Positions 29,840-38,671 of a DNA stretch of 64,000 bases are shown here, piece after piece; the first letter of the stretch is position 1; each line of letters starts with the position of its first letter. The notes below the pieces were generated by a model that was not told where the DNA came from, made no database searches, and saw nothing but the letters and a program-made list of their open reading frames with translations. The position numbers were made by a program, and so were the translations under genes. The DNA lies in NCBI GenBank assembly GCA_964543815.1, contig CAZIZG010000003.1, positions 17,833-81,832 on the forward strand, read 5' to 3'. Origin of the DNA: an uncultured Bdellovibrionales bacterium. GTDB lineage: Bacteria > Patescibacteriota > Minisyncoccia > Moranbacterales > UBA1568.

Positions 29840-30229
29840 TTACCCAAGAAAATCGCGATCCTTATCGAAGCGGGCCTGCCAAGCGATGAGATTGATGAAT
29901 CCGTAAAGGAGCACCGTAATAGTAAGAAGTCCCAAGTGACGCTCATGATTGAGAGCCGCCTGATCAACGAGGAGATAGGTAATAACAAAGGCCAAAAGCG
30001 GCAGCACCACATCTACCCAACCGTTCCCTGGCGCTTCTGATAACCGCACATATTTCTCGAGCAGTTCCCACAACAGAGCCAGGATAAGAGTAGCGACGAA
30101 GGTCAAAAATGTCGGCCAAGAAAAAGAAATAGCCGCAAGCGCCGTCACGATACCAAACATGAAATGCGGCACTGACCACCAATCAAAGAGCTTGTTGGGA
30201 TCGAAAATCTCGTTTTTCTTTTTCTTCAT
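29840..30229 (-). CDS. Hypothetical membrane protein (129 aa)
   Basis: Three or four TM helices. No known motif. Confidence 0.45.
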   Translation of the reverse strand: MKKKKNEIFDPNKLFDWWSVPHFMFGIVTALAAISFSWPTFLTFVATLILALLWELLEKYVRLSEAPGNGWVDVVLPLLAFVITYLLVDQAALNHERHLGLLTITVLLYGFINLIAWQARFDKDRDFLG

Positions 30230-30263
30230 ACTTATCAGTATTCAGCAAATCGCTCAGGATATC

Positions 30264-30674
30264 CTAACGCCACAGCACCCGAGCGAGTGTAAAAAGACTC
30301 GAGGCAACTACTGCATTCGTCACTATTCCCCAGGACATGTCAACCAGAATAAAACGTGTCGTCCAAGCGGTAAGAATAGCTAAGTTGGTGAGATCGAATA
30401 TTCCAAAAGTTACCAGCCCAAATGCACCGCCGTAGAGAATGACTTGTCCCAATGTTGCTGACTGTGGCAAAACAAAGAGCACGGTCCCGAGCGCCATGAA
30501 CAGATAGGCAAGCAGTGCCGCCCAGGTTCTGACCTGCCATTCCCCCGCCCCTGATAAACGTAAGATACTCCCGACTTCAGCCTTGAAAAAATTTCCAGCC
30601 AGCTTAAACCAGATGAAATCTAGTATGACAAACAACACAAAAGCAAAAACAATGAGTACCAAAAACTTTATCAT
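30264..30674 (-). CDS. DUF2177-like membrane protein
   Basis: Polytopic membrane protein. The start is probably MIKFLVLIV at 30674, avoiding overlap with the upstream gene. Confidence 0.45.
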   Translation of the reverse strand: MIKFLVLIVFAFVLFVILDFIWFKLAGNFFKAEVGSILRLSGAGEWQVRTWAALLAYLFMALGTVLFVLPQSATLGQVILYGGAFGLVTFGIFDLTNLAILTAWTTRFILVDMSWGIVTNAVVASSLFTLARVLWR

Positions 30675-30696
30675 AAATATTTTAGGAGAGACGGCA

Positions 30697-30954
30697 TTAC
30701 TTCTTGTATTGTACCACATTACCCCTATCGTTCTCACGAGATACTTCAAATACCTTTCGTTTTCCTGTCATGCCAGCACGCAGTGTCAGATTTGCCAGAG
30801 GTACCCGGAGAAAGAGTGCTAGTACTCTCCGGACGGCGTCATTAGCTCTACTATCAACTGGCATCGCCCGAACCAATATCCGGAAGTGCGTCTCATCGAG
30901 TTGTTCTACACGCTCTTCACGTGCTCGAGTTTTCACGGTGACAAACAATCTCAT
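30697..30954 (-). CDS. DUF167 / YggU-family protein (UPF0235)
   Basis: 85 aa, MRLFVTVKTRAREERVE...RANDAVRRVLALFLRVPLANLTLRAGMTGKRKVFEV matches the YggU pattern. Confidence 0.6.
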   Translation of the reverse strand: MRLFVTVKTRAREERVEQLDETHFRILVRAMPVDSRANDAVRRVLALFLRVPLANLTLRAGMTGKRKVFEVSRENDRGNVVQYKK

Positions 30955-31547
30955 TTTTTTCGCTTCAACCAGAAAAAAAGACTCGTGGCAGCGAGAGCGC
31001 CGAGCGTATCAGCCAACATATCCTTCTGGGCATCCCAGATATCCCCCTGACTACCGAGGTACGCCGCTCCCGCTTCGGGATTCGCCAGAGCCGCATAGAT
31101 CCATTCGATCAGCTCATAGCTCATCGCCACCGTGGCGATAGTAAAGACCGGATACGTAAAAAGAAGGAAACGGTTCGCTACCAACTTGTGACGTGAGAGA
31201 TATTCTGCCAAGGCATACGCATAAAACCCTACTGAGAAATGAGCTATCCGATCAAAATGATTACGAGCAAAACCAAAAAAATCCGTCACCCAATCAAACG
31301 GTACCAAGGCAAAGGTGTAGTGACCACCAATCGTATGCAGATAGACGAGGACAAACATGAGTCCATACGCCAATCGAGAGAAGCGGACTTCGAGCAGATA
31401 CAAACCAAGGATACAAGAAAGAATGATCCACACTGTCAGGTTTTCCACGAACCAGGTCATCCGGTCTATTGGTGCTACCGCAAGCACTGTAAACAGTACC
31501 CCATACACCGCCATGAGCCACCCCAGCCATTTTCCTGATGATTGCAT
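30951..31547 (-). CDS. DUF2238-family membrane protein (YjdF-like)
   Basis: 198 aa polytopic protein with His-rich loops (HTIGGHYTFALVPFDW..., NHFDRIAHFSVGF). Confidence 0.55.
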   Translation of the reverse strand: MQSSGKWLGWLMAVYGVLFTVLAVAPIDRMTWFVENLTVWIILSCILGLYLLEVRFSRLAYGLMFVLVYLHTIGGHYTFALVPFDWVTDFFGFARNHFDRIAHFSVGFYAYALAEYLSRHKLVANRFLLFTYPVFTIATVAMSYELIEWIYAALANPEAGAAYLGSQGDIWDAQKDMLADTLGALAATSLFFWLKRKK

Positions 31548-31548
31548 A

Positions 31549-31965
31549 TTATTCTTTCGCTTGTTCGGCTACCTGCTGTTCATCCATATAAAAAACCTCC
31601 CAGATATGACCATCAGGATCCTGAAAACTGCGGCCATACATAAATCCATGGTCTTGCGGCTCACGAGCTTCCTCCGCTCCTGCCTCAAGAGCCACTGTCA
31701 TCCGCTCGTCTACTTCTTCCCGACTGTCAACGGAGAGAGCAGTGATAACCTCAGTCATCTTAGTCGCATCGACGACCTCCTTCTTGGTGAACGTCTGAAA
31801 AAAATCCTCAACCAACAACATCACAAAAATATTTTCACTCACCATCATACAGGCTCCATTCTCGTTGGTAAAATCCGGATTAAACTGAAAACCGAGTTTA
31901 CTAAAAAATTCCATAGACACCTGAAGATCCTTGACTGGCAGATTCATAAATATCTTGGTCGCCAT
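31549..31965 (-). CDS. VOC/glyoxalase-family protein
   Basis: 138 aa, ...FFSKLGFQFNPDF...DPDGHIWEVFYMDE, a glyoxalase/bleomycin-resistance fold pattern. Confidence 0.6.
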   Translation of the reverse strand: MATKIFMNLPVKDLQVSMEFFSKLGFQFNPDFTNENGACMMVSENIFVMLLVEDFFQTFTKKEVVDATKMTEVITALSVDSREEVDERMTVALEAGAEEAREPQDHGFMYGRSFQDPDGHIWEVFYMDEQQVAEQAKE

Positions 31966-32038
31966 ACATGTTTGATAAAGATTAGACCCTATTACCAGGA
32001 TATCACTCCTACGGGAGAAGGCAAAGATAGGCCCACTG

Positions 32039-34105
32039 TCAATACCGAATAAGAGGAAGAAGGGAGTTCGTCGTATCGGTCCACTGGACCGGGACTACGT
32101 TATCAAGTGAGTGTACGGCCTCCCCGGAAAAAGGAGCTCGTTCAAAAATAGTCTGCTCTTGAGCGAAAACCGCCCATTGGGACTCGAAGTACGGAAAAGG
32201 CGGGTCTAGTTCATGTACGAAGCGTCCGAATAACCCAAGTGCCGTATAGCCAGCAACGACTCGTCCCAAATCAAGATGCCGACTCGAGATATGGATGGCG
32301 AGCAACCCATCGGAAGCAAGCATCTGTTGGTAGAGCGTGGCGGCCTCCAGGGTCAACAAATGAGCCGGGACCGTATCATCAGCATAAGCATCAATGATGA
32401 TGATGTCATACGGTCTACCCCCTTCTCGCCAAGAACGCTCCATACCGATACGCCCATCCTCCACGGCTATCGTCGCATTCGGACAACGATCCAGATACGT
32501 AAAGAAACGCTTAGCAATCTCGACTACCTGGGAATCAATTTCAAAAAATGAGAATTGGTCCCCTGATTGGCAATAGGTCGCCAAAACACCCCCGCCCATA
32601 CCAATAACTGCTACCCGGAGCGGCACATCACCCCGTATCATTCGGAGCGTCTCGATTGTTTTTCCGACCCCACTCCCTGGACCATAGTAGGATGCCGATC
32701 CTCCTGCCGCCTCACCGCTCATGACCTGCAACCCATGATTGGTCAAACCATGGATAAGAGTCCGCACCACTCCTCGCTCTGTTTCATACTCCGTGACCGA
32801 CTTGTGACCAAAAAAATTTCGAGCCTGAAAGATACTCTCATGCATGTTTTTTATGAACGCTCCTCCAGCAAAAAACAGGAGGCCAGAGAGGCTCAGCGCA
32901 AAGACGTACACTCGATAACTTCGAAGGAAAGAAATGGTTTCTCCCCCGCCCTGAACAAACTTCTGATAACTGATAAATATTCCAGCCACCACAAGCATAG
33001 ACACAAATTCAATTGGAATAACCAAAAGATAGAGACTCGAAATCATCACCGTGAGACTTCCCACGATACCTCCCAAAGAAAGTGCCGTATAATATAACGC
33101 GATCCGGGAAACATCTGGCCGTTCCCGATACAGCATCTCATGGCAAAGATGATAGACGGCAAATAATGCACCTAGCACCATAACAATTGCTGGCACTGAC
33201 GGAACAAAAGTGACCGCCAGAGGGAGCAGTCCTAAGAAGCACGCCCCAAGCATGAGCCACTCGACTGTTGTCGTTTTTAAAAAACTCCTCTTCTGAAATG
33301 AAACGATAAAACTGATGAGGTAGAGAGCAATGGGTAACACCCAGAGCAGTGGCAATGGAGCGATATCCGTTGTTAACTGACGCGTCCCCGTTACCATGGC
33401 TGCTACCGGTATGGCAGCAAGCAAAACCCAACGCCAGAACTGACGAACCGATACTGTCATTTCCTTTTGAGGAGTCCTCTCGGTTAATTCATGGCTCTTC
33501 ACAGAAAGCAGACAGACACCACAGAGAAGAAATGTGTAGAGCAGAAACCCATATGTCCAGAAATGACCCTGTGCCGGCGTGGAAAGAAATGGTTCAAACA
33601 CAAACGGATAACTGAGTAGCCCAAGCAAGGACCCCACATTCGAAAGACTGTAGAGTGAGAATGGCTCTTTACCAGAAATATTCCCGTACCACGATTGCAG
33701 GAGCGAACTCGTAGTGGAAAGAAGAAAAAATGGTAAACCAACACTAAAGGTCAATACCGAAAGCAATGCCAGAACAGCATCGTGTGACCACAGACCAATA
33801 CTGTCGTATCGTGGCGTGATAGCAGATGGCCACGTTGCCTCATGGGAAAAAAGAACAAAAAGGGTCACCCCGAGAAGTACACCCTGGACCAATACCTGGA
33901 GAGATTGCCTGAGACGAGAAAGACCGAGGACATACAGATACCCCAGAGCCAGGATCAACATGAAGAAAAACATAGCCACAATCCACACCGCTGAACCTCC
34001 CCCGTACCAAGGAAGCACATGTTTACTCAAAAGTGGTTGGACCTGGAAAAGAAGGAAGGAACTCGTAAAAATAGTTGCTGAAAAAAGAAGGTAAGAAACG
34101 GGCAT
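32039..34105 (-). CDS. Membrane-anchored spermidine/spermine synthase-family protein (polyamine aminopropyltransferase fused to a large N-terminal TM domain)
   Basis: 688 aa. About 12 TM helices are followed by VAVIGMGGGVLATY...DIIIIDAYADDTVPAHL, the SpeE-type SAM/aminopropyl pocket motifs. Confidence 0.65.
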   Translation of the reverse strand: MPVSYLLFSATIFTSSFLLFQVQPLLSKHVLPWYGGGSAVWIVAMFFFMLILALGYLYVLGLSRLRQSLQVLVQGVLLGVTLFVLFSHEATWPSAITPRYDSIGLWSHDAVLALLSVLTFSVGLPFFLLSTTSSLLQSWYGNISGKEPFSLYSLSNVGSLLGLLSYPFVFEPFLSTPAQGHFWTYGFLLYTFLLCGVCLLSVKSHELTERTPQKEMTVSVRQFWRWVLLAAIPVAAMVTGTRQLTTDIAPLPLLWVLPIALYLISFIVSFQKRSFLKTTTVEWLMLGACFLGLLPLAVTFVPSVPAIVMVLGALFAVYHLCHEMLYRERPDVSRIALYYTALSLGGIVGSLTVMISSLYLLVIPIEFVSMLVVAGIFISYQKFVQGGGETISFLRSYRVYVFALSLSGLLFFAGGAFIKNMHESIFQARNFFGHKSVTEYETERGVVRTLIHGLTNHGLQVMSGEAAGGSASYYGPGSGVGKTIETLRMIRGDVPLRVAVIGMGGGVLATYCQSGDQFSFFEIDSQVVEIAKRFFTYLDRCPNATIAVEDGRIGMERSWREGGRPYDIIIIDAYADDTVPAHLLTLEAATLYQQMLASDGLLAIHISSRHLDLGRVVAGYTALGLFGRFVHELDPPFPYFESQWAVFAQEQTIFERAPFSGEAVHSLDNVVPVQWTDTTNSLLPLIRY

Positions 34106-34217
34106 AGCTCCTTGGTTAGGTATGAATGGATGTCTATCCTATTAGTGTACCATTGATTATCGCGGATTTTTCAAAAATGCTATACTACCAACAGTAATAA
34201 TTCCTTATCGACCCCGT

Positions 34218-34520
34218 ATGATTGGTAATCCCATGGAGCAGATTCCTCTTGATTTTGGTTCGGAAGAACCAGTCGCCGAAACCCCGACTTCACCCGAAAT
34301 AAAGCTTGAAACTCTCAGTACAGCAGAGTTAGAGAAGCGGTACCAGGAAGCAGTCGGGTATGATCCCGCTCATCGTTTTCTTGATCGCACCGAAGAAGAA
34401 CGACGGGATATCCTCATCGAAGGCATCAACGATCCAGAGGCCGGCAAGGATCGCCTGCGCCAAGAAGATATGGCTGACGATCAGGCCGCAGCCAATTCAA
34501 GTACTTACTGGAAAAAATAA
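34218..34520 (+). CDS. Hypothetical acidic protein (100 aa)
   Basis: Plus-strand ORF ending 7 nt before a perfect terminator. No known motif. Confidence 0.4.
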   Translation: MIGNPMEQIPLDFGSEEPVAETPTSPEIKLETLSTAELEKRYQEAVGYDPAHRFLDRTEEERRDILIEGINDPEAGKDRLRQEDMADDQAAANSSTYWKK

Positions 34521-34526
34521 CGCCAC

Positions 34527-34556
34527 ACCGCTCCCTTTCGGGAGCGGTTTTCTTTC
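34527..34556. terminator. Strong bidirectional rho-independent terminator
   Basis: ACCGCTCCC-tttc-GGGAGCGGT followed by TTTTCTTTC. Genes converge on it from both sides. Confidence 0.75.
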
Positions 34557-34833
34557 AGTACTGGTCCGCTATCCACAGAAGGAAAGTTATGTTTTGGGCC
34601 ATCAAAAGTGGGATACCGATAAGAAAATACCACTTACGTGTCTTGTGATGAAACACGAGCATCCCAAAAAACACCCCTATACTCCCAAAGGCAGTCGCCA
34701 AGAAAAAGAGAAGACCCTCAGATATTCGCTCTGCCCCGCTTTTTCGTGACTGTACTTTGTCCCACAGCATGATGAGAAAAGACACAGCGTTTATTACGAG
34801 AAAAAAGAGTACGAGCCACTGGTAACCAATCAT
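34555..34833 (-). CDS. DUF1294-family membrane protein
   Basis: 92 aa, ...RKSGAERISEGLLFFLATAFGSIGVFFGMLVFHHKTRKWYF, the DUF1294 signature. Confidence 0.65.
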   Translation of the reverse strand: MIGYQWLVLFFLVINAVSFLIMLWDKVQSRKSGAERISEGLLFFLATAFGSIGVFFGMLVFHHKTRKWYFLIGIPLLMAQNITFLLWIADQY

Positions 34834-34836
34834 AAA

Positions 34837-36057
34837 CTACATCCCTTCATTATCCTTCGGGTGGTTTCCAAATTGATCACCCTGGAGGGGTACTGGAGAC
34901 GAAGTCGGGGTAAGCATACTCGGCGCAAAATTCTGACCAAGTGGTGCGGTCACCGTGTCACAACTCCGACCCGATCCGTGTTCATGCCAAACCGTATTTC
35001 CAACATAATTATTGGCTCTTGTTTCAGGACTCATCGTGAGAGCAAACGTGGCACACAGTTCGAACTCTCCCACTCGGGTCATGCCAACCGTACGCGACGG
35101 AGTGACGACACGGTACTCATAGGGTAGCGCCGTCTCCGGATCCGTCATATAACCAGAACAGTAGCTGTACTGACTCGACTGTTTGAGTTCTGCGAGACTC
35201 TCTGGGAGCATCCCAAGACTATTCGTATACTGTTCGATACAACTTGAGAGGGTACTCAGGTTATCCGCCCGAGTCTGATCAAACGTCCGATTACGCTGTG
35301 AAGAAGGCGAGCCCCCAGCCACAAACCCTAACCCTATCGCAAGAACCACTACCAATGCTACTGCCTTGCCAAAATTCTGAAAGGTACTCCGGGCAATATC
35401 GACATGATACTGAATCTTTTTCCGTTCCAAATAGTAAAAACCAAAGATGGCTCCGGCAATAGCCAGAATAACGAGCGCTTTGAGAAAAAACCGCACGGTG
35501 ATTTCGCCTTGGAGAAACGTAAAAACAATCGCGATAAGATCCCCGACGATAGTGACCGCAGTCACCAAAAGCACCAAGTAGGTCAACCATTTGGACAGTT
35601 TAGATTCAGTCCGTCCTTCATCTTCGCGAAACTTTCGAAACCACAATCGCATCGCAAAAAAATACAGCGGGAACCCGATAAGAAGTGCCGCAATGGAATA
35701 GTGTATCGAACTCATGGCAGCGCTCGTACCGTACCAGTTCGTACTATCAAGCGCATCAGGAAGCTGCAGGTTAATCACCTGAAATAAAAGAGTGCCAAGG
35801 GCGGAGGCAACGATACCAAGAAGAATAAATGAGAAAAAATTAATGACTACATCAACCGTCGAAGCCTTACGAGACAACGTGGCCCGGTTACCCTCACTTG
35901 GAACCGGTGCCCCGAGTGCGACTACAGCTGCCCGATAGGCTTCCTCTGTCTCGTCCTCTGTCCAACCAAGAGCAGTGAGTTCTTCATGCAACTCCGTCTT
36001 GGTTATGCCGGTTCGCATCCGACCAAGCACGTACTCCGACAATGTCTCGGGAATCAT
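34837..36057 (-). CDS. DUF5671-like membrane protein, hypothetical
   Basis: About 400 aa with an N-terminal soluble region, multiple TM helices and a C-terminal Cys-containing domain. The start is probably MIPETLSEY at 36057. Confidence 0.5.
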   Translation of the reverse strand: MIPETLSEYVLGRMRTGITKTELHEELTALGWTEDETEEAYRAAVVALGAPVPSEGNRATLSRKASTVDVVINFFSFILLGIVASALGTLLFQVINLQLPDALDSTNWYGTSAAMSSIHYSIAALLIGFPLYFFAMRLWFRKFREDEGRTESKLSKWLTYLVLLVTAVTIVGDLIAIVFTFLQGEITVRFFLKALVILAIAGAIFGFYYLERKKIQYHVDIARSTFQNFGKAVALVVVLAIGLGFVAGGSPSSQRNRTFDQTRADNLSTLSSCIEQYTNSLGMLPESLAELKQSSQYSYCSGYMTDPETALPYEYRVVTPSRTVGMTRVGEFELCATFALTMSPETRANNYVGNTVWHEHGSGRSCDTVTAPLGQNFAPSMLTPTSSPVPLQGDQFGNHPKDNEGM

Positions 36058-36167
36058 AAAAATGAAGTGAGCAATTACACCTTTATTATAGCACTTCCCA
36101 AATTCGAGCAAAGAAAAACGGGGAGATGAGCATCATCTTCCCCGAAAGCAGTATCCGGAAATCAGGA

Positions 36168-36602
36168 CTACTGCTGCTTGTCTGGGCCAGCCTTCGGCGA
36201 CCTCGTATCGGTGGTGGTTGCAGCCACCGTCTTCACCTTCGGATCACCCTTGGGTGGCAACTTCTTGGCAGCGACCTTCTTGGCCGAAGCCGAAGCAGCG
36301 ACCGGAGCAGGTGAAACAACCACGGCAGCTGGCGAGGGAGCGGGCGGCGGTGTTTCCGCCGCGGGTGCAGGCGAAGGCGACGCTTGCGACCTGACACCAG
36401 CCACATCAGCGGCAGCATCTATGCCCGCGATGTTCGCGCGGCCAGCGGTTGCCATGAGGCTCTGGTTGTTGGGATCATCAGCGCCGGTCAGCTTGGCGGT
36501 CCAGGCCTTGCCGGCATCCACCATGCTCGAAACGGTACCACAACCCGCGAGGGACAGCAGCGAGACGAATGCTCCGAGGAGCACGAAACGACTCTTGTTC
36601 AC
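36168..36602 (-). CDS. Pro/Ala-rich lipoprotein in a high-GC island
   Basis: MNKSRFVLLGAFVSLLSLAGC is a lipobox signal peptide. The region is 65 % GC and Pro/Ala-rich, unlike the backbone. Confidence 0.6.
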   Translation of the reverse strand: MNKSRFVLLGAFVSLLSLAGCGTVSSMVDAGKAWTAKLTGADDPNNQSLMATAGRANIAGIDAAADVAGVRSQASPSPAPAAETPPPAPSPAAVVVSPAPVAASASAKKVAAKKLPPKGDPKVKTVAATTTDTRSPKAGPDKQQ

Positions 36603-36685
36603 GAGAACACTCCTTGAAACACCGAATCACCTATCGGCACCTTCTTTATAGCTTCTTTTGATATTTCCCGCAATACTCCTCTCTC

Positions 36686-36928
36686 TTATTGAGTACACAA
36701 CATAAGTTTTTCAGACCGAGATATTTTTTTGACCCGTGCCTCCTCCTCAGCCGCGCGGGAACGAGTGCGGAAGCGCTTCGTGTAACGAAGCGTCACTGGC
36801 CGCCGACTCCTCGTATACTTAGCGCCCCGCGGAGAAGTATTGTGTTCCTTGAGGCGCCTCGTCACATCAGTCGTGATTCCAGTGTAGAGTGTCCCATCGG
36901 CACACTCGAGTATATAGAGCGTATACAT
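36686..36928 (-). CDS. GIY-YIG nuclease-family protein (UPF0213, YhbQ-like)
   Basis: 80 aa, [30 protein letters not shown]...GAKYTR. Confidence 0.75.
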   Translation of the reverse strand: MYTLYILECADGTLYTGITTDVTRRLKEHNTSPRGAKYTRSRRPVTLRYTKRFRTRSRAAEEEARVKKISRSEKLMLCTQ

Positions 36929-36950
36929 ACAAAAAACTTTACTCCAGCCA

Positions 36951-37628
36951 TCAACTCACCACTCGCCAGAATTTCTCCGCAAGATTAGACAAGCGACCAG
37001 TGTTGCCAGCCAGAGAAAAGAGGATCGCCCCGTAGACCGCGAGATTAATAAGGGTATCATCGGAACGTAACTTGAGCGCACTCCCAAGCGCCTTGTTGGG
37101 AATAAAGGGTGTGCCATGAAAATTAACCGCTGCATACAGCTCATCCAAGACGAGGTGTCCGATATAGCCCGCTATCATCGCCATCCCGAGAATAAACGCC
37201 TCCATATCGGCAAAAGAAAAGTGTCCGGCCAGGAAAAATGTCACCAGTCCCGCGAGTAATGCCGCCGGCAGAGAGTGAGCCATCCCCCGATGACGCGTAA
37301 AACGTTTGAAGAAAAATCCTACCACGAGATACACAAACGCGAACGACCCGACCGACCACTCGATGATTCGCCACACATCATGCGGAGTTTCCTGATGGGC
37401 CGATGATCCCGTCATCACTGCTGCTACGAGCGCAAACGAACCAAATGAAACATGGAACGGGATACCAGAGTCACTGTCCATATCAGGAAGTACTGATCCA
37501 AGGACAGCCGCTACAAACACGACCGAAAGAAAACTCGGCGCATCGAAATACGCGAGTGAGATAAGTCCGGCCGCCCCGAGAATACCTGAGGCGATACCGA
37601 GCGAAACGTGAGATCGAAAACTAGCCAT
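36951..37628 (-). CDS. Membrane-bound metal-dependent hydrolase (YdjM/DUF457 family)
   Basis: Polytopic protein with His-rich motifs (SHVSLG..., [25 protein letters not shown]). Confidence 0.55.
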   Translation of the reverse strand: MASFRSHVSLGIASGILGAAGLISLAYFDAPSFLSVVFVAAVLGSVLPDMDSDSGIPFHVSFGSFALVAAVMTGSSAHQETPHDVWRIIEWSVGSFAFVYLVVGFFFKRFTRHRGMAHSLPAALLAGLVTFFLAGHFSFADMEAFILGMAMIAGYIGHLVLDELYAAVNFHGTPFIPNKALGSALKLRSDDTLINLAVYGAILFSLAGNTGRLSNLAEKFWRVVS

Positions 37629-37715
37629 AAGAAAGATACCTTGAGTATACCATTGGCCGGTAATCCCAGACAAAAGAAAAAACCACTCACAGAGATTCTG
37701 AAGAGTGGCGGACGT

Positions 37716-38549
37716 CTACGTCACAGCAGGAAGGGCAAGGAGATTAAGTCGGGCGAACTGATGGGCCAGCATAAGCGCCGGCTTGAGTTGATTCATGAGA
37801 GCGACATGCCGGTTGATGTTCGGGATAACGCGCAGTTCGGCAAGCGCCTCCACATACCTCCGTTCCATCCCAAGCAGTTCATGAAACAAATCGACCGAAT
37901 GGGCGATATTGAGACGTTGGTAGTGTGCTCTGACGACCGCCTTACTGTCATCAGTCAAATCGAAATCCGGCGCCAGACACTGAAGCATCTTGCGAGCCGC
38001 ATGAACCGGAAATGACAGGGCCTTGCCCAGGACGGCAGCGAGTTCGGCGTCACTCATGACGGCGAGACTTTCGAGGGCCCGATCGAAGCTTCCGCACTTA
38101 CGCACCAAGTAACCATGAACCTCTTCGAGGTAGGTCATACGCTTGGGTGCGATATACGACAGCGGGTCCTCTTTGATGATGCCACCGGCACAGGCTGCCC
38201 CACAGAGGTGAGCGTGGTACATCGGGTAGAACGAATGACTCCCCCGCAAAGCGAGTTCACTGTCCACTGCGATGATGCGCAGCGGCACGAATCGGCCAGC
38301 CGCAGCCGAGCGCAGATGTTGCTGGAGCGAGACGATGATCTCCTGCGTCCCGGGGCGATAGATGAGCAAAGCATCGATGTCGCTCCGCTCATCGCAGTCG
38401 CCCCGGAGAGTCGATCCGTAGAGCAATGCCCCGATGACCGCCGGTTCCGCCGCCAGGTCACGCCGCAATTGATTGCTGATATACGAAAATGCTTCAGGAC
38501 GCGGGATAGCATCCGTCCGAAGCTCGTCCCAGGTAAAAACACGGGCCAT
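37716..38549 (-). CDS. Nucleotidyltransferase-domain protein (ANT/KNTase-like), in a high-GC island
   Basis: GALLYGSTLRGDCDERSDIDALLIY is the minimal NTase motif (GSx9-13DxD) plus a C-terminal helical domain. GAGGGGG RBS 7 nt before the ATG at 38549. Confidence 0.6.
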   Translation of the reverse strand: MARVFTWDELRTDAIPRPEAFSYISNQLRRDLAAEPAVIGALLYGSTLRGDCDERSDIDALLIYRPGTQEIIVSLQQHLRSAAAGRFVPLRIIAVDSELALRGSHSFYPMYHAHLCGAACAGGIIKEDPLSYIAPKRMTYLEEVHGYLVRKCGSFDRALESLAVMSDAELAAVLGKALSFPVHAARKMLQCLAPDFDLTDDSKAVVRAHYQRLNIAHSVDLFHELLGMERRYVEALAELRVIPNINRHVALMNQLKPALMLAHQFARLNLLALPAVT

Positions 38550-38671
38550 GGATACCCCCTCATAGTTATGAGTTGTCAAAAAAACGATAGTGCATCGTAG
38601 CGAAAAATTACCTGAAAGTCAACAAAAATCCCCCCTTAGGGGGATCGAGAAAACCAAGAAAGAAAAAATAT

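Noticed and set aside
36178-36651. 157-aa plus-strand ORF
   Set aside because: Antisense to the lipoprotein gene in 65 % GC DNA, where long spurious ORFs are expected. The minus-strand gene has a lipobox signal peptide.
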